In this document: piece after piece, positions 10,813 to 19,911 of the stretch | Numbering within the stretch: the first letter of the stretch is position 1 | Layout: every line of letters begins with the position of its first letter | Assembly (NCBI RefSeq): GCF_013177435.1 | Contig: NZ_CP053627.1 | Coordinates: 1,890,001 to 1,922,000, forward strand | Direction: 5' to 3' | DNA from: Xylella taiwanensis | GTDB taxonomy: Bacteria > Pseudomonadota > Gammaproteobacteria > Xanthomonadales > Xanthomonadaceae | DNA length: 32,000 nucleotides | Made by a program: the position numbers and the translations under genes | The notes under the pieces: model-generated | The model's input: only the letters and a program-made list of their open reading frames with translations | The model's database searches: none | What the model was told of the DNA's origin: nothing

Positions 10813-11970
10813 TCAATCGCGCACACCAGCAATCCACGTACCCTGTACATGCACATCGTCATCAATCCACACCAAATCGGCTTGGTAACCAGGCGCAATC
10901 CGCCCCAGACGGTCCCCTAACCCGATGCACTGTGCCGGATAGGTCGACGCCATACGCGCCGCCTCAGCCAAATCAACGCCCAACACATGCACTGTGTTGC
11001 GCACCGCCGTGGCCATATCCAACGCCGCGCCGGCCAGCGCACCAGCCGCATTACGGACCACACCGTCAATCACGGTGATGGTTTCACCATAGAGATCGTA
11101 GTGGACACTGTCGCTACCTACCGGCGGCATCGCATCGGTCACAAGCAGCAACTTACCGCGTGGTTTGGCGGCTAACGCCACACGCAGGTTCGCCGGATGC
11201 ACGTGCACACCATCAACGATGATCCCGCACCAGGTGTCCGGATCTTCCAGTGCAGCACCCACCACGTTCGGCTCGCGTCCGATCAACGGCGACATTGCGT
11301 TGTACAGGTGAGTAAAACCCGTCACACCCGCTGCGATACCGGCCCGCACTTGGTCATAAGTCGCTGCGGTGTGCCCAGCAAAGACGATCGCACCGCGCTC
11401 GACAAAAACACGGATCATCTCGACCGGCACCCGCTCAGGTGCCAGGGTGACCAGAGTCACGCCGTTATCCAAAGAAGTACCCATCGCGATCTCGTGCAAA
11501 TCCGGTACCCGGAACTGAGTCTCGTCATGGGCCCCTTTTCGCATCGGATTGAGATAAGGCCCTTCCAGGTGGATACCGAGGATGCCTGGCACACCCTGGG
11601 CAATCGCGGTACGCGTGGCAGCAATGGCCTCGGCCATCACCTCGGCAGTATCACTAATCAATGTGGGCAACAGCCCCGTGGTACCGTAGCGACGGTGCGC
11701 ACGCGCGATCGCCGCTAAGGCCTGTACATCGCGCGCGCTATTAAATAGCACACCGCCACCGCCATTGACCTGGAGGTCGATAAACCCAGGCAGCAACATG
11801 CCTCCCCGCAAGTCCACCCGCTGCGCAACCCTCGTTACACGCGGATCGTCATACGGCACCAGTGCTTGAATGCGCCCCTCAGCCAACAGCACCGCCAGAT
11901 CGTCACGGAATCCGGTGTCGGTCAGGATGCCACCATTGAGCAACGCAGTTATCTCAGAAGAGACGCTCAT
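10813..11970 (-). CDS. nagA: N-acetylglucosamine-6-phosphate deacetylase
   Basis: Amidohydrolase motifs [41 protein letters not shown] and LVTDAMP. ATG 11970 overlaps the nagB-II stop by 1 nt (TGATG). The track start 11973 is a TTG. Confidence 0.92.
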   Translation of the reverse strand: MSVSSEITALLNGGILTDTGFRDDLAVLLAEGRIQALVPYDDPRVTRVAQRVDLRGGMLLPGFIDLQVNGGGGVLFNSARDVQALAAIARAHRRYGTTGLLPTLISDTAEVMAEAIAATRTAIAQGVPGILGIHLEGPYLNPMRKGAHDETQFRVPDLHEIAMGTSLDNGVTLVTLAPERVPVEMIRVFVERGAIVFAGHTAATYDQVRAGIAAGVTGFTHLYNAMSPLIGREPNVVGAALEDPDTWCGIIVDGVHVHPANLRVALAAKPRGKLLLVTDAMPPVGSDSVHYDLYGETITVIDGVVRNAAGALAGAALDMATAVRNTVHVLGVDLAEAARMASTYPAQCIGLGDRLGRIAPGYQADLVWIDDDVHVQGTWIAGVRD

Positions 11971-13010
11971 CAAACCGTTTCCGTCACCTTGTTCAAATGT
12001 GGCGGCAAATCAGGATCGTACCCTCGACATAACGCCAGCACATTAATCGCGCGATAAAAACTCTGGATCAACAATAACGGTGCGCACGCCGGGTGTGCAG
12101 CCAACCACACTGGGAGATCGCCATCTGGTGCAGCCAGCCACACCAGTGAACCGCGACTGCGAAATTCATCGGCCAATGCACGCACTCCGGCCTCGGTCCC
12201 GTCCGACTGGGCAAACACCAGCACCGGGAACCCTGAACCAACCAGCGCCATTGGTCCATGCTTGACCTCCGCCGCGCTGTACGCTTCAGCATGCAGGCCG
12301 CAGGTCTCCTTGAACTTGAGTGCCGCTTCCTGAGCAGCCGCAAAGCCAAAGCCGCGACCCAGCACGAACAGATTGCGAGCATCGACGAGGCCGTCGATTA
12401 ACGGTGACCAATCACACTCCCAGGCACCATGCAGCGCGTCAGACAAACCATCCAGCGCCGCCAACAACTCTGGTTCGGCCCTCCACAGCGCCACTAACTG
12501 CAAAATCGCCGCTAACGAGGCCAGGTAGCTTTTAGTCGCAGCAACACTCTGCTCCGGACCAGCGCAGAGTGGCAACACCGTGTCGGCCAGGGATGCCAAG
12601 GGCGAGTCTTCAACATTGACCAAAGCCACCACACGTGCACCCGCCGCCTTGGCCGCCTCAGCATTGCGCAACAGATCCGGACTCTTACCCGACTGCGAAA
12701 TCACCAGATATAACGCACCACGCAGCTGTAGCGACGCTGCATAGACTGAGCCCACTGACAACGAGGCCGAAGCCGTCACCAACCCCAACTGCGTTTCCAG
12801 CAAATACTTGGCGTAAGTGGCCGCATGATCAGAGCTGCCACGAGCACATGTCACCACGAATGGAGGTGGGTCGGTACGCAACTCCCGTACCAGTGCGGCA
12901 ATTGTTGCCATGTTGCGTCCAAACTGTGTGGCAATCACTTCGGCAGCCTGTGCCGCCTCGCAAAACATCTGTGTTTGTTTTCGTTCAAGCAAAGGCATCG
13001 GCAGGATCAT
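11970..13010 (-). CDS. nagB: SIS-domain glucosamine-6-phosphate deaminase/isomerase (NagB-II type)
   Basis: Two SIS modules (CARGSSDHAATYAKY, LVISQSGKSPDLL, GRGFGFAAAQEAALKFKETC). I place the start at ATG 13010 (MILPMPLLERKQTQMFCEAAQAAEV), which forms an ATGA overlap with the nagR-body stop. The track ORF from 13175 overlaps nagR. Confidence 0.85.
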   Translation of the reverse strand: MILPMPLLERKQTQMFCEAAQAAEVIATQFGRNMATIAALVRELRTDPPPFVVTCARGSSDHAATYAKYLLETQLGLVTASASLSVGSVYAASLQLRGALYLVISQSGKSPDLLRNAEAAKAAGARVVALVNVEDSPLASLADTVLPLCAGPEQSVAATKSYLASLAAILQLVALWRAEPELLAALDGLSDALHGAWECDWSPLIDGLVDARNLFVLGRGFGFAAAQEAALKFKETCGLHAEAYSAAEVKHGPMALVGSGFPVLVFAQSDGTEAGVRALADEFRSRGSLVWLAAPDGDLPVWLAAHPACAPLLLIQSFYRAINVLALCRGYDPDLPPHLNKVTETV

Positions 13011-14063
13011 GGCACATCCAGAGAAGGGGTCTTGATAAAGGAAGTCTGTCGCACTGCTGCGGTGGAACCGTGCACCACCCACTGCGGCACAAAGCCGCGA
13101 TTTTGCAACGGCATGCTCTGCGCATCGCAGGTATCGATGTGCAACTGGCCAATCAGCAAGTGTGCGGTGTGGCACGCGATCTCGTCCGCCGCCTGCCTGG
13201 CCGTGATCAGCACCGGCCAGGATTGAGATGAGAACGGACGATCCTCGAAACCAGCGATGGAAAGATGCTGCGGCACGTGAATACCAACCGCCTTGGCCGC
13301 AGCCAGCATACCGGCAGCGATTTCATCGTTACTGCCAAAGATCGCAGTCAGCTGATCACGCAACACCAACAGCTGACACGCGCCACGAAAATCATCGTCG
13401 CAGGTGTCGTCACCTAGCACGACTAAGGGCTTGTCGAGATCGCTACCGTCGTCTTTCAGTGCCACCTCGTCACCCGTGTCACATTCACCACTGCAACGAT
13501 GCCGAAACCCACCCCACAGGAAACCGATCCACTGGTGACCCAGCTGAATCAGATGTTCGGTGATCTCGTAAGCCGCGTTGCAGTCGACAATATAGACACA
13601 CGCCGCGTCGCCCGGATCCGCGGTGACACCCATGATACGCACGCACTTGATGCCACAGGCGATCAGCTCTGGGCACTCAAACATCGGCGCAGTCAGTACC
13701 AAACCAGCCTGACGCAAACGCTGCACCCACTCAGCCAGTGCGTCCACCAGCATGGGCGCAGTCAAGTCGCAGGGGTGGATCTGCAAGCCGAACTCTGTCT
13801 CACGGCACGCTGCGAGCACACCATTATGAATATTGAGGATGTGGTGAGGATTCGGGGTGTCGTACACCAATCCGATGACGAACAAAGTACCACTACACAG
13901 GTTGCGTGCAGCTGGGTCCGGCGCGTAGTTCAGGTCGGCAATCATACGCAGTACGCGCGCGTTGCCTGCATCACTGAGGGTTCGTTATTGATCACCCGTG
14001 AGACTGTTGGCAACGAGACATCAGCCCTTTTTCCGCAACATCTTTGATGGTCGGTTGGCGCAT
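13007..14063 (-). pseudogene. nagR: LacI-family repressor (NagR-like) with its HTH split over three reading frames
   Basis: Frame 1 from ATG 14063 reads MRQPTIKDVAEK. Frame 2 reads ADVSLPTVSRVINNEPSVMQATRA. Frame 3 reads VLRMIADLNYAPDPAARNL and continues for 312 aa to the natural end. The junctions fall at the C3T5 tract 14025-14032 and the CGCGCGCG run 13954-13961. Confidence 0.8.
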
Positions 14064-14066
14064 ATG

Positions 14067-15356
14067 TCATGCCTGAGGCTCTAGACGTCGCACCATGCGG
14101 CCATTGAGCACCCGAGCGATCCAGGAATAGAACAAAATGTACAAGTAACAAGGGACCATCAACACAGCGAACACCAGTTGGAAGTCAACGTGCTGTTTCA
14201 GATACGCGAAAAGCTGTGGAATGATCGCACCACCAGCAATGCCCATAATCAGCAATGCCGAACCTGTCTCGGTAAAGCGCCCCAATCCCTTGATCGCTAA
14301 TGGGAAAATCGCCGGCCACATCATCGCGTTGGCGAAGCCCAGCGCAGCAACGAAAGCCACCGATACATACCCATGGGTCAGCGCCGCACCGATCGACAAC
14401 AGGACACCCAACACCGCCGATAGACTCAGATAGCGTTCCTGTGAGATCACATTCGGAATCACCGCCAAGCCAGTCATATAACCAAGCAACATCGCCCCTA
14501 ACGTTGCTGAGGTGAACAGTTTGGTATGGTCCAAAGGCAAGCCGAGTGCGTGACCGTAGGTGCCGATGGCATCACCCGCCATCACCTCCACACCAACATA
14601 GACGAACATGCATAACACCCCAAGCCACAGGTGCGCAAACTGAAAGATGCTGGTCTTCTGCGTGGCACCACCGGATGGAACACGATTGACCTCAGCCGCC
14701 TGCAACTCTGGCAAGGGAGAAAACAACACACCAACTGCAAGCACAGCCAACAAACCCGCCATGATCAGATACGGTGTATGAATCTTGGCAGCGAAGGCAG
14801 CGAGCAGCTGTTGCTTCGTCGCCGGGTCGGCAGTGGCAACCTGCATGGACAAATCACCGACACCATGCAGCACGAGGGAACCAATCGCCAACGGTGCCAA
14901 GATACCGGCAGCCTTGTTACAAATGCCCATCACCGCGATACGTCGTGCGGCACTCTCTATCGGGCCTAGAATGCTGATGTAAGGATTGACCGCCGTCTGC
15001 TGCAACGCTAGCCCGCTACCAATCACAAACAAGCCGGCCAGTGCACCTGCGTAGTCACGTTGCGTGGAACATTCACCAAACCCCGCCGCACCTGCTGCCA
15101 TCAATAGCAGGCTCAACGCCACCCCCTTTTTCAACCCCGTGAACTTGAGAATCCACGAAGAAGGTAAGGCGAGAAAGAAGTAAGACAGATAGAACACCAT
15201 CAGCACCAGGAAGGCATCGACCTCATGCAGATCGAAAACAAGATGCACGAAAGTAATCAGCGGTCCATTGATCCAGGTCAGAAAGCCGATAATGAAGAAC
15301 AGCACGCCGACGATAGCGATCGAAACAGTAGAACTAGAAAACCGGGCTGGCATCAT
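14067..15356 (-). CDS. nagP: MFS sugar permease, glucose/galactose (FucP/GluP) transporter family (NagP-like)
   Basis: About 430 aa, with about 12 hydrophobic segments by eye, starting MMPARFSSSTVSIAIVGVLFFIIGFLTWINGPL. It sits at the head of the nagR/nagB-II/nagA genes. The start is uncertain (ATG 15356/15353, ATG 15401 or TTG 15404). Confidence 0.85.
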   Translation of the reverse strand: MMPARFSSSTVSIAIVGVLFFIIGFLTWINGPLITFVHLVFDLHEVDAFLVLMVFYLSYFFLALPSSWILKFTGLKKGVALSLLLMAAGAAGFGECSTQRDYAGALAGLFVIGSGLALQQTAVNPYISILGPIESAARRIAVMGICNKAAGILAPLAIGSLVLHGVGDLSMQVATADPATKQQLLAAFAAKIHTPYLIMAGLLAVLAVGVLFSPLPELQAAEVNRVPSGGATQKTSIFQFAHLWLGVLCMFVYVGVEVMAGDAIGTYGHALGLPLDHTKLFTSATLGAMLLGYMTGLAVIPNVISQERYLSLSAVLGVLLSIGAALTHGYVSVAFVAALGFANAMMWPAIFPLAIKGLGRFTETGSALLIMGIAGGAIIPQLFAYLKQHVDFQLVFAVLMVPCYLYILFYSWIARVLNGRMVRRLEPQA

Positions 15357-15582
15357 GGGAAAACAGGTTCTGAGGGGGGAACGGGGAAAGCCAACAGTCA
15401 TCAACGCCGCAGCTCGGCCACAAAGTCACCCGCGAAATGTGCAAGCACTGGCACAGATGACGTTCAGCCGGCAACGCCTCGCCAGCACACCAGCGCCCGG
15501 CGCGAATACCCTTACTGAGCTTGCTGACCAGCTGCAGATAAAGCGGAGTAGATGCAGGACTATCCAGCAGCAGTTCGTTCAT
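15334..15582 (-). pseudogene. nagQ: Remnant of a GntR-family regulator (NagQ-like): winged-helix domain only
   Basis: The ORF starts MNELLLDSPASTPLYLQLVSKLSKGIRAGRWCAGEALPAERHLCQCLHISRVTL, a typical GntR HTH. No effector-binding domain follows, and the frame runs into the nagP start region. Confidence 0.6.
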
Positions 15583-15650
15583 ACGCGGGTCTGCTCTCCA
15601 CTCGGATGTGCTTTGGACATGCCGACTGCTCCAGCAGGTACAAAGTTGTT

Positions 15651-15668
15651 ATATCCAATATATTACCA
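15651..15668 (-). promoter_or_regulatory. Direct repeat TGGTAAT-ATAT-TGGATAT, candidate NagQ-type operator
   Basis: Read on the minus strand, about 70-85 nt upstream of the nagQ-remnant ATG. From memory, the NagQ site proposed for Xanthomonadales is TGGTATT repeats spaced by 4 nt; this needs checking. Confidence 0.35.
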
Positions 15669-15890
15669 ATTTAGGAAGACTTACACGTCTACCACCTCTC
15701 AATCCGTGATCATCCGCAACGGTAAGGCGAACAACCATCGGCAACGCTGTACAGTGACGCGCTCATACTCAACCAAGTGCGATGACACGGGGCAAATCAT
15801 GCAAACAGTAACACTCACCCCCAACACGGGTATGCAGGCCATTATGAGTCACACTCAAGAAACACCCTGACTCACGATCAAATAGGCCCA

Positions 15891-16991
15891 GTGCGGGGTC
15901 TCATTGCTATCGTTGTCATATATTCACGAAAATCAATATCTCGTGTCCGCGCGCTGCGCTCTGCCCTGGGATTGCTAGTGACCTCCATCATTCCAAACAC
16001 TGCTCGGCATGCATCAAGTATTTCGTCCTTTCTTGCCGCCGATGTCGGTGGTACTCACGTGCGCGTCGGTCTGATCGAATCCAACCTCAAGTATTCCATT
16101 CCACCGCACCTGCTGAACGTACGCACATACCGCTGCGCCGAATATCCAAGCCTAGGCGCAATCCTGACCGACTTCCTTGGCGAAAGATCACCAATGCGTG
16201 ACTGCGTCATCGCCAGTGCCGGTTTTCAACTGAGTGACGGTACGGTCATCACGACCAACCTGCCGTGGCCACTATCACTACACCAGCTACGCGCAGATCT
16301 AAATCTGACCGAGGTATATCTGGTCAACGACTTTGAAGCACTGGCCTACGCCACAGAGGATATGGAGGCTGCCCAACTGCTGCATCTGACCGGTCCAACC
16401 GAGACGCCGGATGGACCACGTCTGTTGCTCGGTCCGGGCACCGGCCTGGGCGCGGCACTCTGGATCCCGAATGACGGCCGTCCCATCGTCCTACCCACTG
16501 AAGCCGGTCAAGCGGCATTGCCAAGCACGACCGAACTTGAGATGCAACTGGTACGACACATGCTCGGCAACCGCGCGCACGTGCCAATCGAACATGCTCT
16601 GTCTGGACCCGGGATACTCAATCTGTACCACGCACTGGGCGCGATACAGGACGTCCCCCGTACCTACACTAGCCCAGATGCGATTAGCCGTGCCGCGTCA
16701 GCAAGCACCGACATGCTGTCATCACAGACTCTAGAGGTGTTCTGCAACCTGCTCGGCAGCGTGGTCGGTGACCTGGTCATGCTGTACGGTGCACAGGGTG
16801 GTGTCTATCTGGCCGGCGGGATCCTGCCGCAGCTATGTGAGCCGCTGCTGCGCAGTCACTTTGTCGAGCGCTTCCTCAATAAAGGCCCGATGCGCGAGGC
16901 ACTACAGCGAGTTCCGGTGCGACTGATCGAGCATGGTCAACTCGGTATCATCGGTGCTGCACGCTGGTACCTGAGTAAAAAGGCAACCTAA
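15891..16991 (+). CDS. Glucokinase-family sugar kinase (candidate GlcNAc kinase, NagK-II type)
   Basis: LAADVGGTHVRVGL (ATP-binding N-terminus), VNDFEALAY, LLLGPGTGLGAA and GGVYLAGGILPQ. It is divergent from the nag cluster. The true start may be TTG 15972 or GTG 15978 rather than GTG 15891. Confidence 0.85.
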   Translation: MRGLIAIVVIYSRKSISRVRALRSALGLLVTSIIPNTARHASSISSFLAADVGGTHVRVGLIESNLKYSIPPHLLNVRTYRCAEYPSLGAILTDFLGERSPMRDCVIASAGFQLSDGTVITTNLPWPLSLHQLRADLNLTEVYLVNDFEALAYATEDMEAAQLLHLTGPTETPDGPRLLLGPGTGLGAALWIPNDGRPIVLPTEAGQAALPSTTELEMQLVRHMLGNRAHVPIEHALSGPGILNLYHALGAIQDVPRTYTSPDAISRAASASTDMLSSQTLEVFCNLLGSVVGDLVMLYGAQGGVYLAGGILPQLCEPLLRSHFVERFLNKGPMREALQRVPVRLIEHGQLGIIGAARWYLSKKAT

Positions 16992-17014
16992 GAAAATAGT
17001 GTTCCCAACGCTCA

Positions 17015-17428
17015 TCAAGGTGAACTAAACAGAGAGGCGTCAAGCCGGACCAATACGGCACCCAACGGCGTCAGACGCATCAACAAACCCAACACCACAC
17101 CCACCATGTTGGCTAACGCATCAGCAGCATCAGCGATGCGATCAATAGTAAACGCCGCCTGAGCGAACTCTATCCCAATGCCCAACAGCACCAGCCCCGC
17201 TCCCACAGCCAATACGATGAGGGGCCGCGCAAACAACGCTGCCGCCCACCAAGCCAGGAGAAAATAGCTGAGTAGGTGTTCAACCTTGTCGACTCCAGCA
17301 GGTACCTGTGGCAGATCCTGCTGCGGCAACAAGCTGGCAATGATCACGGCCAGGATTGCGGTGATCCACAAGCAAAGCCACAGCATCGGTCGCGAACGCG
17401 GTCTCCATAAAACGCTCATAGCCGCCAT
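17015..17428 (-). CDS. VanZ-like family membrane protein
   Basis: 137 aa with four hydrophobic segments. Motifs DKVEHLLSYFLLA and IEFAQ...DRIADAADALANMVG resemble VanZ family signatures. Confidence 0.75.
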   Translation of the reverse strand: MAAMSVLWRPRSRPMLWLCLWITAILAVIIASLLPQQDLPQVPAGVDKVEHLLSYFLLAWWAAALFARPLIVLAVGAGLVLLGIGIEFAQAAFTIDRIADAADALANMVGVVLGLLMRLTPLGAVLVRLDASLFSSP

Positions 17429-18624
17429 CTCAGGTCTCCTATCAAGAACGCACGATCGAACTCTACGTCACGGACGAAGCCCATCACCTGAAAGCGCTCT
17501 CCCATCTCGGTTGGTAAAGTCAAACGCTTTACTTGGTTACGCAACTGCAGCTTACCAATTTCATCGACACGTGCCTCAGCAGTAGCAAGCAACTGATCCA
17601 ACCCATTACTGAGCAAAAAGCTGGCCTGGGTACAATAACCAACCAAATCGAAGCCGGCACAAGTGCCGGCTTCAGCCAACGCGGTGAAATCCACCGAAGC
17701 AGTTAAATCCTGTAGTCCTGGCCAGCGGTACCAGTCGTCATGGACGTGATGGCGGTAAAACGCCCGCAACGTGCCATCTTCACGCTGCGGGCGGTAATAC
17801 TCAGTACGTGGATAACCGTAATCCACAAAAAGCAGCACTCCACGCTTGAGTCCACCGGCCACCGCCTGCACCCAATACGGCAGCTGCGGTAACACCTCTG
17901 AACAATAACCGTCGGCAAAGCACGCCGACAAATTACGTTCGATGTGGCGCACTGCCTCCGTCAACAACGGATCAGCCGGCTGCTGGCCGCATGCGAAACT
18001 TCGCTGTGCATCCAACACCACCGTCTCCTCGTAAACTTCGCCATCCCGCACGGTGAAACGCGACACAGGTAAGGCATCGATCACCTCGTTGGCAAACACC
18101 ACTCCATGCCACTCATCCGAAAAGGGACCATCCACCCACTCAACTAAGGCAAAAAGGGATGGACTCAATGCGCGTTCCAAGTGTGCCTGCTGCCGCTGCC
18201 GCAGCTCAGCACTGGGTTCGAGGATCGCATAGCGCCGCGGCAACATCTTCAGTTCCATCAGACGTTTGAGCAGAATTTCAGCGAATTTGCCGCTCCCCCC
18301 TCCAAGTTCGAGCACACACGCCAATGCACCGAGTTGCTGCAACACCGGCACCAGTGCATCCGCTACCGTTGTCGCAAATAGCGGTCCCAATTCCGGGGCA
18401 GTGATAAAATCGCCAGCCTCACCAAATTTACTCGCACCGGCACTGTAATAACCCAATCCAGGTGCATACAACGCAAGCTCCATGAAACGAGAGAATGGGA
18501 TCGCCCCACCATCTTGAATCATCTGGTGGCGTATATAGGCGGCCAGTTGTTCACTGTGCGCGAGCGCTTCAGGAAGGGGCACCAGGAGATCAGCACACAT
18601 GCATTCATCGAGCTCAGGAAGCAA
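17416..18624 (-). CDS. SAM-dependent methyltransferase, MidA/NDUFAF7 family (DUF185)
   Basis: FSRFMELALYAPGLGYYSAG, GDFITAPELGPLF and the SAM-binding LELGGGSGKFA. The track start 18624 is TTG; the first ATG is at 18600. Confidence 0.85.
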   Translation of the reverse strand: MLPELDECMCADLLVPLPEALAHSEQLAAYIRHQMIQDGGAIPFSRFMELALYAPGLGYYSAGASKFGEAGDFITAPELGPLFATTVADALVPVLQQLGALACVLELGGGSGKFAEILLKRLMELKMLPRRYAILEPSAELRQRQQAHLERALSPSLFALVEWVDGPFSDEWHGVVFANEVIDALPVSRFTVRDGEVYEETVVLDAQRSFACGQQPADPLLTEAVRHIERNLSACFADGYCSEVLPQLPYWVQAVAGGLKRGVLLFVDYGYPRTEYYRPQREDGTLRAFYRHHVHDDWYRWPGLQDLTASVDFTALAEAGTCAGFDLVGYCTQASFLLSNGLDQLLATAEARVDEIGKLQLRNQVKRLTLPTEMGERFQVMGFVRDVEFDRAFLIGDLRWRL

Positions 18625-18675
18625 TTAACAACAATAGTCTAAGGAACAAGATCAATCTCTCCAGGTAAAGTCCAT

Positions 18676-19401
18676 ATGTCAGATTCATCTAAAGTTGCCC
18701 TGATCAGTGGCGACGCACGCCGGATCGACAAAGCTATCGTGCACCACTTGCATGCACATTGTTATCGCGTCTCCGTCCACGCACACCGTTCTGGCGACGA
18801 AGTGCATGCATTTCTAACCGAACTAGAATGCACACGTCCATCCAGCACACTCGCCTTGGTCGGGAACCTGCACGAAAACACAGTACCCGAGGCACTCGTC
18901 GCACGCTGCGGTGCGTACTTCGGACGGTTAGACGCACTGATCAACAACGCCTCCAATTTCTACCCAACCCCACTGGGCGAAGTCACCCCAGCACAATGGG
19001 ACAACTTGTTCGCAATCAACGCCAAGGCGCCTTTTTTCGTCGCTCAAGCAGCCACACCACTACTGCGCAAACACAGCGGCGCAATCGTCAATCTGACAGA
19101 CCTGCATGGCACTCAGCCACTGCCCCAGCATCCAGTCTATACCGCCGCCAAAGGGGCTCTGTAGATGTTGACCCGATCACTAGCACTGGAACTAGCGCCA
19201 CAGATTCGGGTCAACGCCATCGCACCCGGCGCGATCCTATGGCACCTCAGAAGCAGCTAAGCAAGGATTGCTGGCACGCGCCCCATTAGCGCGCACTGCA
19301 CCTCGGAAGAGATCGCCGCAGCGGTGCTGTGGCTGCTCGAACACGCCAATTTTGTCACTGGGCATACCCTCCGTCTGGATAGCGGCCGCACGCTGACCTG
19401 A
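18676..19401 (+). pseudogene. Short-chain dehydrogenase/reductase, pteridine-reductase (FolM/PTR1)-like, disrupted
   Basis: SDR motifs NNASNFYPTP, YTAAKGAL and VNAIAPGAILW. There is an in-frame TAG at 19162-19164. Between about 19240 and 19300 the conserved-looking sequence (SEAAKQGLLARAPLAR) lies in another frame and returns before EEIAAAVLWLLEHANFVTGHTLRLDSGRTLT. The original frame carries TAA at 19258-19260. Confidence 0.75.
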
Positions 19402-19407
19402 ACATAT

Positions 19408-19779
19408 CTATTCTATATCGTCACCGGGGGCTTCCAGATCCACCACCGTGAAGCATTCATCAGCGTGCGGATGTATAGCCCACAGCTGCGCCAACGTGGA
19501 CCCACTCGCAGGATCAACGAAATCCGGCGCAATATCCACTAATGGTTCCAGTTGGTCCTCTCACGATCAAATCACCATATAACACCACAGCCAGCGTAAG
19601 GTTACCAAAGCGCGGCACGGCACGATCGCGGCCATAGCGTTCCTCCAACGCACTGCCGGTGTGCAGTAAGTAGGGGAGAACAACACTTCGCCAAAACAGG
19701 CACGCAGCTCAGCTTCCGCCTTGCGCAAATAATACCTGGGACGCACATTACTACCTAAACTCAGAAGCACGATGGTCAT
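19408..19779 (-). pseudogene. HPPK (folK)-like gene remnant
   Basis: The N-terminus MTIVLLSLGSNVRPRYYLRKAEAELRACFGEVLFSPTYCTPAV matches the HPPK start. The next recognisable block, ALEERYGRDRAVPRFGNLTLAVVLYGD, is in a second frame. The C-terminal LEPLVDIAPDFVDPASGSTLAQLW is in a third. About 30 residues are missing between the first two blocks. Confidence 0.7.
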
Positions 19780-19911
19780 GCAGTATTCGCGCCTGTAAGC
19801 AGCGACAACGTCAATCTCCGTCATGACCACGCTTGCAGGCACTGTCGTCGCTGACCTCCTGCTCGAGGCTAAGTATTCTCTAAAAAGCCACGCCTCTCAC
19901 CTACCTCATAT

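Noticed and set aside
10508-10898. Four overlapping ORFs (10508..10738-, 10516..10794+, 10548..10733+, 10566..10898-) encoding (AT)n, (LW)n, (AV)n and (HS)n repeats
   Set aside because: All are open only because the stop-free hexamer array keeps these frames open. They overlap one another and, for one, the nagA 3' end. They have no start context or other coding signal.
15741-15767. Possible NagR (LacI-type) operator near AACGCTGTACAGTGACGCGCTCATAC upstream of the kinase gene
   Set aside because: It is only a loose, shortened resemblance to the TGACA...TGTCA-type palindrome I recall for Xanthomonadales NagR. The half-sites are imperfect (TGAC...CTCA) and the spacing is wrong.
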